64,000 bases of DNA from Bacteriovoracia bacterium (GTDB lineage Bacteria > Bdellovibrionota > UBA1018 > CAIPTA01). The notes under the pieces were generated by a model. That model had not been told where the DNA came from. It saw nothing but the letters and a program-made list of their open reading frames with translations, and searched no databases. The translations under genes were made by a program, and so were the position numbers. The DNA is taken from NCBI GenBank assembly GCA_050246755.1, contig JBFWVL010000001.1, positions 224,001 through 288,000 on the forward strand, in the 5' to 3' direction. Positions 1-10,380 of the stretch are shown piece by piece. Position 1 is the first letter of the stretch; the number at the start of each line of letters is the position of its first letter.

Positions 1-275
1 AATTCGTATTTTTGCTTGGGATCAAAGCGTCCTTTCGTGCCGGGCTTAACCGCCGGGCGGGTCGCTTCGATTTGTTTTAATTCTTTTTCGGCTTTCGCGA
101 GTTCACGCGCGGTTTCTCTCTCGTCTTTTTCTGCTTCTGCCTGCTTCTTCTCGAGCTTTTCCTTCTCTCGTTCTTTTCGAGAGATAGCAGCCTCGCGATC
201 GGCAAACGCCAGCGTAGGAGTCATGGCTGGTGCCATAACCAAAGAGAGGATCAATGCATAAATGAGTCGCTTCAT
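1..275 (-). CDS. Secreted hypothetical protein, partial (runs off window start); signal peptide then charged coiled-coil
   Basis: Not in ORF track. Read by hand from ATG at 275: MKRLIYALILSLVMAPAMTPTLAFADREAAISRKEREKEKLEKKQ..., open to base 1; GGGAG SD upstream. Confidence 0.8.
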   Translation of the reverse strand, partial: MKRLIYALILSLVMAPAMTPTLAFADREAAISRKEREKEKLEKKQAEAEKDERETARELAKAEKELKQIEATRPAVKPGTKGRFDPKQKYE

Positions 276-584
276 AGTACGCTCCCGTGTCTCTGAAATG
301 AGAGACTAACGATGGCTTAACGGAACTTTTTAAAGGGAAGTTTAGAGAAAGAGAGCGAAATTCGGATACCTAAGTCTCTTCCAATGAGACTTCCCACCTC
401 CTTTAATTGTAGGGAGAAGATCCAAAACCGACAAGGGCGCTTATGGATAAAAAGAAGATTTTGCGCGCCGCAACGTACCTTTTTTCCGGTAAGGAACTCT
501 CAGTCTGTGAGTTTTTACACGTTACCAGATGCAGCATAGATTTTGATGAAAATATTCATTCGTTATACTCACTACTTATCGCCA

Positions 585-600
585 TGGCATAAAAACTGCT
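585..600 (+). promoter_or_regulatory. Putative sigma54 (-24/-12) promoter of the M4 protease
   Basis: TGGCAT-AAAAA-CTGCT, exact GG-N10-GC spacing, 57 nt upstream of ATG 657. Confidence 0.55.
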
Positions 601-656
601 CTCAGGGCGCGTTGGGTGAATTTGCGCCGCGTTAGTTCAAAGCCTAGGGGGAGTAG

Positions 657-2249
657 ATGAAAATAAAAATCGCACTATTCTGTTTGAGCCTATTTGGCCT
701 CCCATCCTACGCGGCCTCTTTCGGGGCTTCGGTAGAAACCGGTAAAATTTACATTAACGGCCAATGGCTTGTCGCACAAAGCGCTGCCCTTTCTCCTAAC
801 GCTGGCCAAAGCAATGCGATTATGTCTGGTATGGGCGCGGGCGTCGGCACCGACCTTCGTAAAAGTGCCCTAAATTTCCTGAATGGGAACGCCGCTCTAC
901 TCCACTTGAATGCAGCTTCTTCCTGGGGCACCTCGGCGATTCAAAAAGGGAACGAGATCGAAACTCATCGCATCGGAAAAATTTGGCGCGGCCTTCCCGT
1001 GGTGGGCGGAGAAGCCCTCGTGCACTTTGCCCAGGGAAAAGTTCTCTTCGCAAACGCGGATGCCACGGAACTCGACCACCTTAGCAATCTTCCTCGCCTC
1101 AGCTCGATCGAAGCGCGCAATCTGGCTTTTGCCTCTTATTCCGGCTCGGCGGTGGCCACCGATCTCCCGAAGCTGGAAGTACTGATCTTAGAAAACGCTT
1201 CGTCGACCCGCGAAGCGCGCCTGGTATACGAGGTAACCGTGCACGACCGGGATGCTTTCGGCAGCGACGTTCACTTCATCGATGCGAATCGCGGCGATGA
1301 AGTGAAGGTGCGCTCGAATGTTCACACCCTTGCCCCACGTATTGTGCTGGGTGGCGCGGGTAACGAAACGGATTTCGACTTCGATGCCTCACGCTGGAAG
1401 CCCATCTACGCGGAACAAGGAGCCTGCAATCAGCCGGTCGCCAGCTGGTGGAATAGCGCCAATGCCATTCTCACCAGCGACGGCTCTCCGGTTGCCTGCG
1501 AGAACGTCGATTCTCGCAAACTCGCTTCAGCCAAGGCAGCATGGAACAACGCCGGCCAAGTTTACGAGTACTATCGTAGCGCCCATAACCGGAACTCGAT
1601 CGACGATCACGGGATGCAGATCGTATCTATCGCAAATTTCGGTGGCGAAAAATTCGCCAATGCCGCCTGGTACGTGGACAAGAAAGTTATGCTCTACGGC
1701 TATGGCGACGGCGTTAATTACTACGATTTTGCGGCCCCTCTCGACGTAGCCGGACACGAAATCACTCATGGCATTACCTCGGCCACCGCCGCCCTGGAGT
1801 ACTCCGATGAGCCGGGGGCGCTAAACGAAAGTTACTCCGACGTATTCGGCAAGCTAATCGCCTTTAAAAATGGGAAGCCCAGCGATTGGACCATTGGGCG
1901 CGAGCTCTACCGCGACGGGGTGAGCTTCGTGCGGGATATGGACCATCCGGAGATCGGCCACTATCGCGACTACCAATTTCGGGGGGAGCTCTGCAATCGC
2001 CTCAACGATTTCTGCGGAGTGCATTCCAACTCCGGCATCCCCAGCAAGGCCGCGGTATTGCTCGCCCGGAAAATCGGGCTAGAAAAGCTAGGCAAAATCT
2101 ACTACCTCACGCTCACGCAGCTCCTGCGCTCGAATTCGAATTTTCGTGATGCAAAGGCCCAAACGGAAGCCGCCTGCTCCTCGCTCTATGGCGCAAATTC
2201 TCCCGATTGCCGGGCGGTGCGCACGGCCTTTGAATCCGTAGGAATTTAG
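657..2249 (+). CDS. M4 family (thermolysin/bacillolysin-like) zinc metalloprotease preproenzyme
   Basis: Signal peptide, FTP/PepSY-like propeptide (WRGLPVVGG, RLVYEV...FIDA), NAAW, HEITH zinc motif, GALNESYSD, GVHSNSG. Confidence 0.92.
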   Translation: MKIKIALFCLSLFGLPSYAASFGASVETGKIYINGQWLVAQSAALSPNAGQSNAIMSGMGAGVGTDLRKSALNFLNGNAALLHLNAASSWGTSAIQKGNEIETHRIGKIWRGLPVVGGEALVHFAQGKVLFANADATELDHLSNLPRLSSIEARNLAFASYSGSAVATDLPKLEVLILENASSTREARLVYEVTVHDRDAFGSDVHFIDANRGDEVKVRSNVHTLAPRIVLGGAGNETDFDFDASRWKPIYAEQGACNQPVASWWNSANAILTSDGSPVACENVDSRKLASAKAAWNNAGQVYEYYRSAHNRNSIDDHGMQIVSIANFGGEKFANAAWYVDKKVMLYGYGDGVNYYDFAAPLDVAGHEITHGITSATAALEYSDEPGALNESYSDVFGKLIAFKNGKPSDWTIGRELYRDGVSFVRDMDHPEIGHYRDYQFRGELCNRLNDFCGVHSNSGIPSKAAVLLARKIGLEKLGKIYYLTLTQLLRSNSNFRDAKAQTEAACSSLYGANSPDCRAVRTAFESVGI

Positions 2250-2260
2250 ATTTACGGCAC

Positions 2261-2304
2261 AAATAGAAAGAGCCGATTGCGGAACGCATCGGCTCTTTCT
2301 ATTT
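2261..2304. terminator. Bidirectional intrinsic terminator between convergent genes
   Basis: Perfect 17-bp inverted repeat AAATAGAAAGAGCCGAT...ATCGGCTCTTTCTATTT. Confidence 0.85.
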
Positions 2305-2316
2305 TAAGGATTTCTT

Positions 2317-2778
2317 CTAGTGGAGTTTTGCGCGGCGGAAACCGGCAATGGTGCCCACGATCGTGCGCTCCAATACCAGGTCTTCGGCGAAAACTTCTTC
2401 TACGAACTTCGACTTCATGAAGTACTGGATCAAACGATCGGCAGTATACTTCACGGGCTCCTGGAAATAGAGACCATCTACTTCATTCTCGCCGTAACGG
2501 GAGAGCCAAGACTGCTTCAAGGTGCGGTACGCCTCGCCACCGGAAAGACGAAGCTCGTCGAGCATTTCGTTTTTCTCGCCGATCGAGCCCAAAACATTCT
2601 TTTCCATGTCTTCTTGGGTAAGAACGTGGGGGGCAAGAAAGCGAGCGAGGTCTTCGCAGAGCTCGGCTCTTTGCTCGCGGGAAATGGCGATCATCTTTTG
2701 CGATTCAAGCCGACGCACTACGCTCTGCGCGAGCAGCTTGATTGTTTCAAAATTGGTGCCCTTGCTTGGTGTCTTCAT
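2317..2778 (-). CDS. DUF507-like family protein
   Basis: Start moved to ATG 2778, which forms an ATGA overlap with the murJ stop; pattern resembles DUF507 (…YFMKSKFVEEVFAEDLVL). Confidence 0.55.
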   Translation of the reverse strand: MKTPSKGTNFETIKLLAQSVVRRLESQKMIAISREQRAELCEDLARFLAPHVLTQEDMEKNVLGSIGEKNEMLDELRLSGGEAYRTLKQSWLSRYGENEVDGLYFQEPVKYTADRLIQYFMKSKFVEEVFAEDLVLERTIVGTIAGFRRAKLH

Positions 2779-4418
2779 GAACTGGCCTTGCGGTGTATTA
2801 ATCGTTTCCATATATACTCTTGAATTCGCTCCAGTTCGCGCAACCCCAGTAGCCTGCCCGCCAAACCATAACTAAGTACGCCAATGGCGAGTGCTAGGAG
2901 CAGAAAAAGGAGATGCGCAAGAAAGTTAGCTTTAACCCACGCCCCCGTCAAGGGAATTGGTCCCAGCGGCGTCAACCCAACCAAATGCATGATAATATAG
3001 ACAAATATAGCCATAAAGAGCGAAGCGCCTAGTGCGGCAAACAAGCAGCGCAGCAGATCTCTAAATTGGATTTGTTTTAAATGCCGGCTAAGCACCCATA
3101 GCAGAGTGAGCGCGTTAAAAATCGCCGCAAACGACATTGCCAATGCGAGCCCCTGAAACCCCATCGGACCGATCAAAGCGTACGAGAGAGAAACGTTCGC
3201 CACCACGCTCACCCCGCTGGAAAAAATCGCCGAGCGAGAACGCCCCAAACTGTAAAGAATCGGCACCATTACCCGCACCGCCGAATAAGCCGTAAGGCCT
3301 AGCGCATAGGCCGCCAGGGCCTGCGCGGTAGCGATCGTATCTTCGGCCCCAAAGCGGCCATGCTGATAAATTACCGAAATAATGGGAGTGCCAAGCACAG
3401 CTAAACCAACGGCGCTGGGCACCGTCAGCACAATCACCATCCGCAGAGCATCCCGCAGAGACTTCTCTACCGATTCGAAATCGCTTTTGGCCACCTCGAA
3501 GGAAACCCTGGTAAGTGTCGCGGTCGAAATCGCCACGCCAAAGACACCTATCGGAAATTGCATCAGGCGAAAAGCGTAGTACAGCCAAGAAACGGGGCCA
3601 TTTCCCAGGCTAGCTGCGAGCACGGAATTCACCAGAATATTAATTTGCGTGGCCGCCAAGCCGAAGGTTCCGGCCCCCATCAATAGCACCATCCGCTTAA
3701 GGGCAGGATCTTTCAGATCGAGCAACGGACGGTAGCGAAATCCTTCCCGGCGTAAAGCCGGCACTTGCACGATCCACTGGGCTAGCCCGCCCAAAGTGGC
3801 GCCAATAGCCCATCCGTAAATGGCCGGCCAACCCATGAAATACGCCACCAGCGGACAAATCGTGAAAGCCGAAAGTGTGCTTACCACATTGAACAGCGTG
3901 GGGGCCAAAGCAGGCGTTCCATAGCGATCGCGTGCATTAAGAATTCCCATCCAAACTGCGGCCAGCACCACTAGGGGAAGAAAAGGCCAAAGAATCCGGG
4001 TCATCGTAACGGCCATTTCGTGCTTGCCCGGCACCTCATGGAAAGCAGGCGCATAGAGCGAAACCAAGGGGCCTGCAAAAATAATCCCGAGGACGGCTAC
4101 GGCAGTGAGCACGATGGCCAGGGTGGTGACCACATTGGAAACGAGCCGCCAGGCCCTTTCTTCTCCGTTCTCGTGCTTAAGTCGCGCATACACCGGCACC
4201 AAAGCCGAGCTCATTGCGCCTTCGGCAAAGAGGTCTCGCAGCAAGTTGGGGATGCGGAAGGCGATCTGAAAAGCGTCGGTGGCGGCATTGGCTCCGAAAT
4301 AGAAGGCAAAAACCTGCTCGCGCACTAAACCCAAAATCCGCGAAAGAAAGGTGGCGGACGCGATCAGGCTGGTAGCCCCATAAAATCCGGCCTTTTTTTG
4401 CTCTTTTTGCGGCTTCAT
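2775..4418 (-). CDS. murJ: Lipid II flippase MurJ (MviN)
   Basis: SRILGLVRE, DAFQIAFRIPNLLRDLFAEGA, RLMQFPIGVFG motifs; many TM segments. Confidence 0.96.
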   Translation of the reverse strand: MKPQKEQKKAGFYGATSLIASATFLSRILGLVREQVFAFYFGANAATDAFQIAFRIPNLLRDLFAEGAMSSALVPVYARLKHENGEERAWRLVSNVVTTLAIVLTAVAVLGIIFAGPLVSLYAPAFHEVPGKHEMAVTMTRILWPFLPLVVLAAVWMGILNARDRYGTPALAPTLFNVVSTLSAFTICPLVAYFMGWPAIYGWAIGATLGGLAQWIVQVPALRREGFRYRPLLDLKDPALKRMVLLMGAGTFGLAATQINILVNSVLAASLGNGPVSWLYYAFRLMQFPIGVFGVAISTATLTRVSFEVAKSDFESVEKSLRDALRMVIVLTVPSAVGLAVLGTPIISVIYQHGRFGAEDTIATAQALAAYALGLTAYSAVRVMVPILYSLGRSRSAIFSSGVSVVANVSLSYALIGPMGFQGLALAMSFAAIFNALTLLWVLSRHLKQIQFRDLLRCLFAALGASLFMAIFVYIIMHLVGLTPLGPIPLTGAWVKANFLAHLLFLLLALAIGVLSYGLAGRLLGLRELERIQEYIWKRLIHRKASS

Positions 4419-4476
4419 GCCCCAAAGTTTATAGTAAATGATCGAATTTAAACACCTTTTGCCCCAACTATAATAA

Positions 4477-4505
4477 TTGACTACTTTACTGTACTACGTT
4501 AAAAT
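4477..4505 (+). promoter_or_regulatory. Sigma70-type promoter of glt-like operon 1
   Basis: TTGACT-17nt-TAAAAT. Confidence 0.7.
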
Positions 4506-4513
4506 TGTTAATA

Positions 4514-4810
4514 ATGATTAACTCTTTTTCTCGCAAGCAGCTAAGCCGGGGCCGGATCGTGAGTGCGATTCTTGCCCTCCTGCTTTGCCCATTTTTCGCC
4601 GCCACCGCGAATGCCGAGAAAGCTCCCCGCTATAAGAAAAATACGGTGGTGGATTTCGAGGGCGCCCTGGTGGAAGGGAAAAGCCGTAAACCCTATTCGG
4701 CCTATCTCACCCAGCAAAAAGAGAGTGCCTTCTCCGACCTAAACCAATGGCAGCCCGACATCGGCAAAAGCCTAAAAGACTCCCGCGAAAGACTAGATAA
4801 ATCCTTATGA
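4514..4810 (+). CDS. gltF: Small exported GltF/CglF-like gliding protein
   Basis: Signal peptide then YKKNTVVDFEGALVEGKSRKP, resembling the CglF KKTVIDF..V.GEL.KP pattern; directly upstream of gltG-like gene; the TTG at 4505 lies within the -10 box, so ATG 4514 is preferred. Confidence 0.65.
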   Translation: MINSFSRKQLSRGRIVSAILALLLCPFFAATANAEKAPRYKKNTVVDFEGALVEGKSRKPYSAYLTQQKESAFSDLNQWQPDIGKSLKDSRERLDKSL

Positions 4811-6447
4811 GCAAAGCCATGGCCATAAACGAAAAAGAAAAATCGAGGGCATTGCGCCTTCAGGCCGAGCTGTTCGAAGAAAACGGGCAAAGCTTAGGCT
4901 CCTACGTAACCGAGGGCCAGGATAAACTCATCGTCGGCAGCTCGAAGCGCGCCGATCTCGTGGTCCCCCACGCCGCCGTTTCGCAAATTCACGCCATGCT
5001 GCGGATCATGAACGACGACCATATCGTGCTTTACGATTTAGGCTCCGAGCGCGGGACTTTTGTTTCCGGCCAGAAAATCATCGAGCGCAAGCTTCAGCAA
5101 GGTGAATTCTTCGAAATCGGCAGCCACCGCGTAAAAGTAAATATTCTCGATTTAGATAGCGAGAAGTTCGGCACCGAGCGCAGCCTGTTCTGGCAGGCCG
5201 ACTGCGGCGGCACTCCCGACTTCCTGGAAACCGTGCACATCCAAAGCGGCATCGTGCAGGACGAGCGCACCCTCGCGAAGAACGGCCGCATTCACTTCGG
5301 CCGCCGGAAATCGGAAATCATCTTCGACGGCGTGAAGCCCGGAGACCGTTTCGTAAATCGCAAAGACAACGGCGGCAGCGGCACCGTGGAGTGCTTCCTT
5401 CCTCCAGGCTATAAAGCCGAAGTATACGACGGCGAAAACGAACTGGTGCGCGTGATCGAGCAAGAAAGTTCGCTTTTTACCTTCAACGCCAAAGAAAAGG
5501 CTCGCCTATTCTCCGCAAACGACGCGGAAGTATTGCTCTTTTGGCGCCAGCAAGGCCTCCGCGGAAAACGCCTCTCCGCCGACGCGGAAAGTCCTGCCCT
5601 CCAGCGCGCCTACCTTGTCTGCTTCACGCTCGCCGCACTCGTGCTCGCCTTCATCAGCTACGTGCCGCTGAAGAAAGAAGTAGTGGAAGAAGCCGTGACG
5701 CCGAAAACCTCTTACTTCCGCATGTCGATGGAATCGGCTCCTAGCCAGCAGGCCGCGGAAAGCCAGGCTTCGGAATCGCAGGCCCCCCAACAAAGCCAGC
5801 CCGCCTCGAAGGCCGCGAGCATCAGCAATTCTCTCAGCAAGCTCCTAAACAAGAAAAGTGCGGTTTCGGCCGAATCCATCCAGCAGGCGATCAGCCAGAA
5901 CGGCCATCAGACCGTTCGCTCCAATGTTCAGAATTCCAATCTTAAGAGCCAGGAGATCGCCAGTGGATCGATCGGCGGCAGCGGCGCGAATATGAACGCC
6001 ATCAGCGCGGGCCTAAGCTCCGGCGCCGGAGCGAAAGCCGGATCCCTAAACGGTTTCGCTAGTGGAAAAGGCGCTACCGTGGGCGGATCGGGAGGCTTCG
6101 GCGGCAAAGGCTTCAGCATGAACCTAGGCGGCGATGAAGCGGAAGCCATCGGTGGCCTCGATAAATCCCTCATCGCGGCGGTGGTGCAGGCGAACATCGG
6201 CCAGATCAAGCACTGCTACGAGCGTCAGCTCATCGTGGACCCGAATATCTTCGGTAAGATCGTGGCCCAATGGACCATTAATAAAGACGGACTGGTTAGC
6301 ACCACTGGCGTAAAAAAGACTACAATGAATAACGCTTCCGTAGAAAACTGCATTCTAGGTAAAATTAAAAACTGGGAGTTCCCGAAACCGAAGGGTGGCG
6401 GACAGGTAGTAGTAAGCTACCCGTTCCTCTTCAAGTCGCTGAACTGA
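4807..6447 (+). CDS. gltG: GltG/PglI-like protein: N-terminal FHA domain, single TM, Gly/Ser linker, C-terminal TonB-like AgmX/PglI domain
   Basis: FHA (VGS...VSQIHA...DLGSERGTFV), TM ~aa 268-287, C-terminal IKHCYERQL...FPKPKGGGQVVVSYPFLF. Confidence 0.85.
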   Translation: MSKAMAINEKEKSRALRLQAELFEENGQSLGSYVTEGQDKLIVGSSKRADLVVPHAAVSQIHAMLRIMNDDHIVLYDLGSERGTFVSGQKIIERKLQQGEFFEIGSHRVKVNILDLDSEKFGTERSLFWQADCGGTPDFLETVHIQSGIVQDERTLAKNGRIHFGRRKSEIIFDGVKPGDRFVNRKDNGGSGTVECFLPPGYKAEVYDGENELVRVIEQESSLFTFNAKEKARLFSANDAEVLLFWRQQGLRGKRLSADAESPALQRAYLVCFTLAALVLAFISYVPLKKEVVEEAVTPKTSYFRMSMESAPSQQAAESQASESQAPQQSQPASKAASISNSLSKLLNKKSAVSAESIQQAISQNGHQTVRSNVQNSNLKSQEIASGSIGGSGANMNAISAGLSSGAGAKAGSLNGFASGKGATVGGSGGFGGKGFSMNLGGDEAEAIGGLDKSLIAAVVQANIGQIKHCYERQLIVDPNIFGKIVAQWTINKDGLVSTTGVKKTTMNNASVENCILGKIKNWEFPKPKGGGQVVVSYPFLFKSLN

Positions 6448-6454
6448 GAATTTT

Positions 6455-7204
6455 ATGAAAACCTTGGCATTAATAACCATGTTTGCGCTTTCGGCCAGCG
6501 GCCTCTCGCTCGCCGCCGAAGTACCGCAGCCTAAAGCCGACGATGCCAAAAAAGCAGAACCCGAAAAGAAAACGGAAGCCGTAGACATTTCCGACCTCGA
6601 AGAAAACTACTGGCGCCCCAATCAAGACGAGCTGGAAGTTCTGCAGAACCGCCGTTACGAAAAAGCCGGCCGCTTCGAACTCGGCGTGCACTACGGAATT
6701 TACCAGGGCAAAGATTACGTGAACTCGAAGTCCACGGGCGCATCCCTAACGTACAACCTCAGCAACGAATTTTTCTTGGAAGTCTCGCAGCACAAAACCT
6801 CCAACGAAGATAATGAGTTCCTGAACGCAGTCCGCAATCGCTACGGCTTCACCCCGGATTTCAATCGCGAATCGCAACAGACGGTACTTGCGGCCGGATG
6901 GACGCCGATTTACGCAAAGTTCAGCCTGCTCGGCAAAAAAATTAGCCACTTTGAAATGTACTTTGCGCCAGGAATCGGACGCACCAAAACCCTCGAAAAT
7001 CACCTGAGCGGCCACTTCACGATCGGCCAGAAATTCTATATCACCGACCATATTCTGTTCCGCTTGGAATGGCGCATGAGCCGCTACACCGACCGCATCA
7101 TCACTACCCAAGGGGCCACTTCCACGGCCAACGGGGGCCCCGGCTACGTGGACCAGGCCGACACCACCCACAATATTATTTTTGGCCTAGGCTGGATGTT
7201 CTAA
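6455..7204 (+). CDS. Outer-membrane beta-barrel protein, GltA/GltB/GltH-like
   Basis: Signal peptide, VLQNRRYEKAGRFEL and WTPIYAKFSL patterns typical of myxobacterial/Bdellovibrio OM barrels; terminal Phe (LGWMF). Confidence 0.8.
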   Translation: MKTLALITMFALSASGLSLAAEVPQPKADDAKKAEPEKKTEAVDISDLEENYWRPNQDELEVLQNRRYEKAGRFELGVHYGIYQGKDYVNSKSTGASLTYNLSNEFFLEVSQHKTSNEDNEFLNAVRNRYGFTPDFNRESQQTVLAAGWTPIYAKFSLLGKKISHFEMYFAPGIGRTKTLENHLSGHFTIGQKFYITDHILFRLEWRMSRYTDRIITTQGATSTANGGPGYVDQADTTHNIIFGLGWMF

Positions 7205-9238
7205 ATGCGCATACTTATTTTATCACTGCCAATCGCGATCTTCGGGCTGCAAATGGCCTGGGCCGGCTTTCGTCACCCGATCGAGCAAACCGGTGAACAA
7301 GCCGCGGCCGTGCAGAATACGGTGATTCAGCGCCCCGCCTACTCGCCATCCGTAAAATCCTCTCCCGTTGCGGCTCCCGTGGCTGCACAAAATAGTCCCG
7401 CCGACCGCCGTACCGCCGGCGTCGTATCGGCCACCACCGCTCCGAGAAATTTTGGGCCGGTGCCGAAATCTCCCGGCCTTCCCGATGCCCAGCAAATGAA
7501 GACCGGCAGCGTGAATTTGCCCAAGGGCAACGGAATCACGGTTTTTCGCGATTCCTTGCCCGCCATCGAATTCAAGGGCAGAGACCGCGCCCAGCGCATT
7601 CACAGCTACTCTCGCCAGGCCCGCATGCTCCCGCTTCCCAAAGAGGACCATGCCGCGCAAGTTCGCAGCCGCGCTATCGTGGAAAAATACCGATCTGCGC
7701 TCTCGCCGGTTCGCCACACGCCCATTCGCACCCCGCTCAATTTACACATCGATAGCCTCGCTAAGATTACTCTTCCGTCCAAACCCGCAGCGTTCCGTCA
7801 CATGGTAAAAAGAATCGACGCTCTCTTCGATGGGCTCGAAGGCAGCCACGCTCGCGGCGTGGTGGCCCTCTGGGAACTATCCCGATCCCGCCTCAATCCT
7901 CCCGAGCTCCGCGCGCGCGATTCGCTCTTTTCTGGGATCCTAAGCTTGCGGGCGCAATGGGAATCGGTAGCCGCTAACCAGTTCGAGACGAGCGCGGCCC
8001 AGGATATTCAGGAGCAGGAGCGCTACCTCAAGATTCTTTGGAGCCAACTAGACCACTTCGAGAATCCGCTGAACGTAGATAGAGTGGTAAATCACTTCGG
8101 CCTCGAAGCGATCAAAGAACTTCAGCCCGAGGGCAACAAAGCGAATTTCTCCGTGGCCAAAAAAGCCCTGCGTGAAAAAGACGGCGAATCGGCCGCCCAC
8201 TTCTCCGCGCAAATCACCAGCGGCACCCTCCATGACCGCTTCGATCTGCTGAAAGCCATTTCTTCCCTCCAGCCTCGCGAAAAGGCTAGCGCCGAAACCC
8301 GCGCCTCTCTTGAAAGGCTGGCCACCCAGGGAGACGTGAGCGTAAGAGACGAAGCACGCCTGGCCCTCGCCCGCGCCCTTCTCCGCGAAGGCTCTACGCA
8401 GGACTCGCTCGCTCAGTACAATGCTATTCAAAAAAATGGTGTAAACCGGCTCGAGGTGATGGCGGAGCAATCCTACGTGGAATTCCTTACCGGTAACCAC
8501 CCCGAAGCCCTCGGTAAAGCGATCGGCGTGGAAAGTAAATTTTTTCAGTACGGCTTCTCTCCCGACATCCATCTGGTGGAAACGCTGAGCCGGAAAGCCA
8601 ATTGCGATTTCGGCGGAGCCGAAGCGGCCTTACAGCGCTTTGCCGACCGCTACGCTCCCGAGTTCGGCGCCCTCGACGCTCTCCTGCGCGAGAAAAAAGA
8701 TCCCGCCGCCTACTACGAAGAACTGATCGCCTACCACGAGCAAAAAGCTGCGCCGATGCGCCACCAACGCTATCTCTTGCGCCTGCCGGTGGTTATGGAG
8801 AATCAGAAGCTCTTGAACCAGGCCGAAAGAGACCTGCATAAAATCGAAATGCTGGGAGTAGAACGCCGGATCCCGGGCCGCCCGGAAGGCTGGGATGCTT
8901 TCGCCCAAAGCATGCGCGCCAGCTGGCAAAAACGCATCCCGGCGATTAAGCAGGAGTCCGGCGCTGCCGCCCTCGCGGAAGCAAGCTATATGGCCACGCG
9001 CCTACGTCAAAATTTCGGTCAAGCCGAGCTAATGGGCCTCGATTTATCCACTTCGGCCGCCAAAGATTTCAATCTGCAAAATGCGCTAAACTTCCCCGTT
9101 CGTAAGCTAGCGGCCACCGAGCCCAAGAAGAACCAAGTTCTCTGGCCGTTCGAACAGGAAATTTGGGAAGACGAGCTGGACTCGCTGCGGATGAAAAATC
9201 CTTCGAAATGCGCACTGGCAAATAAGCCGACTCTCTAG
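7205..9238 (+). CDS. gltC: Exported TPR protein, GltC-like
   Basis: Signal peptide, TPR-like helices, C-terminal WPFEQEIWEDEL resembling the GltC WPF.GE.W.DELG motif; operon context. Confidence 0.65.
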   Translation: MRILILSLPIAIFGLQMAWAGFRHPIEQTGEQAAAVQNTVIQRPAYSPSVKSSPVAAPVAAQNSPADRRTAGVVSATTAPRNFGPVPKSPGLPDAQQMKTGSVNLPKGNGITVFRDSLPAIEFKGRDRAQRIHSYSRQARMLPLPKEDHAAQVRSRAIVEKYRSALSPVRHTPIRTPLNLHIDSLAKITLPSKPAAFRHMVKRIDALFDGLEGSHARGVVALWELSRSRLNPPELRARDSLFSGILSLRAQWESVAANQFETSAAQDIQEQERYLKILWSQLDHFENPLNVDRVVNHFGLEAIKELQPEGNKANFSVAKKALREKDGESAAHFSAQITSGTLHDRFDLLKAISSLQPREKASAETRASLERLATQGDVSVRDEARLALARALLREGSTQDSLAQYNAIQKNGVNRLEVMAEQSYVEFLTGNHPEALGKAIGVESKFFQYGFSPDIHLVETLSRKANCDFGGAEAALQRFADRYAPEFGALDALLREKKDPAAYYEELIAYHEQKAAPMRHQRYLLRLPVVMENQKLLNQAERDLHKIEMLGVERRIPGRPEGWDAFAQSMRASWQKRIPAIKQESGAAALAEASYMATRLRQNFGQAELMGLDLSTSAAKDFNLQNALNFPVRKLAATEPKKNQVLWPFEQEIWEDELDSLRMKNPSKCALANKPTL

Positions 9239-10380
9239 AAACCTTTGAATCCAAATGAGCTGCCGACCGAGAGCAGGTAGCGGCGATCGCGGCGTTGTCC
9301 GCCGTAGCTGCCCAGCTCTTCGCCGTAAGTGGCGGCGTTGATCTTCAGCGCCCAGAGATCAAATCCCACGCCGGCGGTGAAGGAAGTTTGGTTCAGGCCC
9401 AGTTGCAGGGAAAGGACCGGTAAATCCAGGTTCACGCCCAAATGGATATGCTTGGGAAAATGCTCTTGGGCGAGGCTATAGTTTAGGTGGGAATAATCGA
9501 AAGCAAAGCTGAGGTGACTCGTGGACCGGTCGGGTCCGTAACGCCGCTCCAGCCGGCGATTTTTTCTTCCGCCGATCGGCACTCTGATCCCGAGCCCCAT
9601 CACCATATTGTCGTCGGTCCGTGTCGGCCGATTCTGATCCATCGAAGCGCCATAAGAGGTCTTTCCTATGTCATGCCACACGAAGGAAGAAGTCACTTCC
9701 GTTCTTCCTTGAAAAGGGAGACGATACTGCATGCCGACCGTGCCCGCCATCCCGCTGCCGCTTTCGGAGAATTTTTCTTTCAGTGTGGATTTGCTGCCGG
9801 CGAACTCATCGATGCCCATGTAACGCATTCCACCCACGCGACTGATGAATCTTAAGCTGGCCCCTACGCGAAAAGCCTTTTTCGGGCCCGCGCTCGCGGC
9901 CGCGCCTAGGTTGAGCGCCAGATCTTTCGTGTAGCGAGTGAAGGTGGTGGGATACGCGGTATTCTGTAGATCCACATCTGCGTGCACATCGTAACCAAGC
10001 CCCACGGCAAAATTAGGCACCGTGATCTGGCTCTGGTTCGTCACGTCGGCCATGATATGCTTGCCCACAAACGAATTCATCGTGCTGGCCAAGCTATTCG
10101 ATTCTTTTCCCATATTGGAAATATTTTTGTAGCTGCCAAGCACATCACGATTCGACGCAAGCCTTACGTCGAAGAGCTGAATATCCACCTTTTTCACCAG
10201 CGCCAATCCGGCCGGGTTGTAGTGCAGAGCCAGCCAATCGTCGGCGATCGCGGAATAAGCGCGGCCCATTCCAAAAGGCACCACCCCCACGTCGGGCCCA
10301 TAAAGCTCCGCCGCCCTCGCCGGGAGAACCCCGGCCCAGAGCACGAAGCCGATTAGGAGTAGGCTTCTACCAGCTCGCAT
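9235..10380 (-). CDS. Outer-membrane beta-barrel protein (FadL/PorV/TraF-like N-terminal plug motif)
   Basis: Signal peptide, GMGRAYSAIADDWLALHYNPAGLA, amphipathic beta-strands, terminal Phe. Confidence 0.75.
   Translation of the reverse strand: MRAGRSLLLIGFVLWAGVLPARAAELYGPDVGVVPFGMGRAYSAIADDWLALHYNPAGLALVKKVDIQLFDVRLASNRDVLGSYKNISNMGKESNSLASTMNSFVGKHIMADVTNQSQITVPNFAVGLGYDVHADVDLQNTAYPTTFTRYTKDLALNLGAAASAGPKKAFRVGASLRFISRVGGMRYMGIDEFAGSKSTLKEKFSESGSGMAGTVGMQYRLPFQGRTEVTSSFVWHDIGKTSYGASMDQNRPTRTDDNMVMGLGIRVPIGGRKNRRLERRYGPDRSTSHLSFAFDYSHLNYSLAQEHFPKHIHLGVNLDLPVLSLQLGLNQTSFTAGVGFDLWALKINAATYGEELGSYGGQRRDRRYLLSVGSSFGFKGF

Noticed and set aside
16-261. Plus-strand 81-aa ORF
   Set aside because: Antisense shadow of the minus-strand secreted protein starting at 275, which has an SD and signal peptide.
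306-334. Possible FliA promoter for the 1-275 gene (TAAA-N15-ATCGTTAG)
   Set aside because: The -10 match to GCCGATAA is too weak to support.
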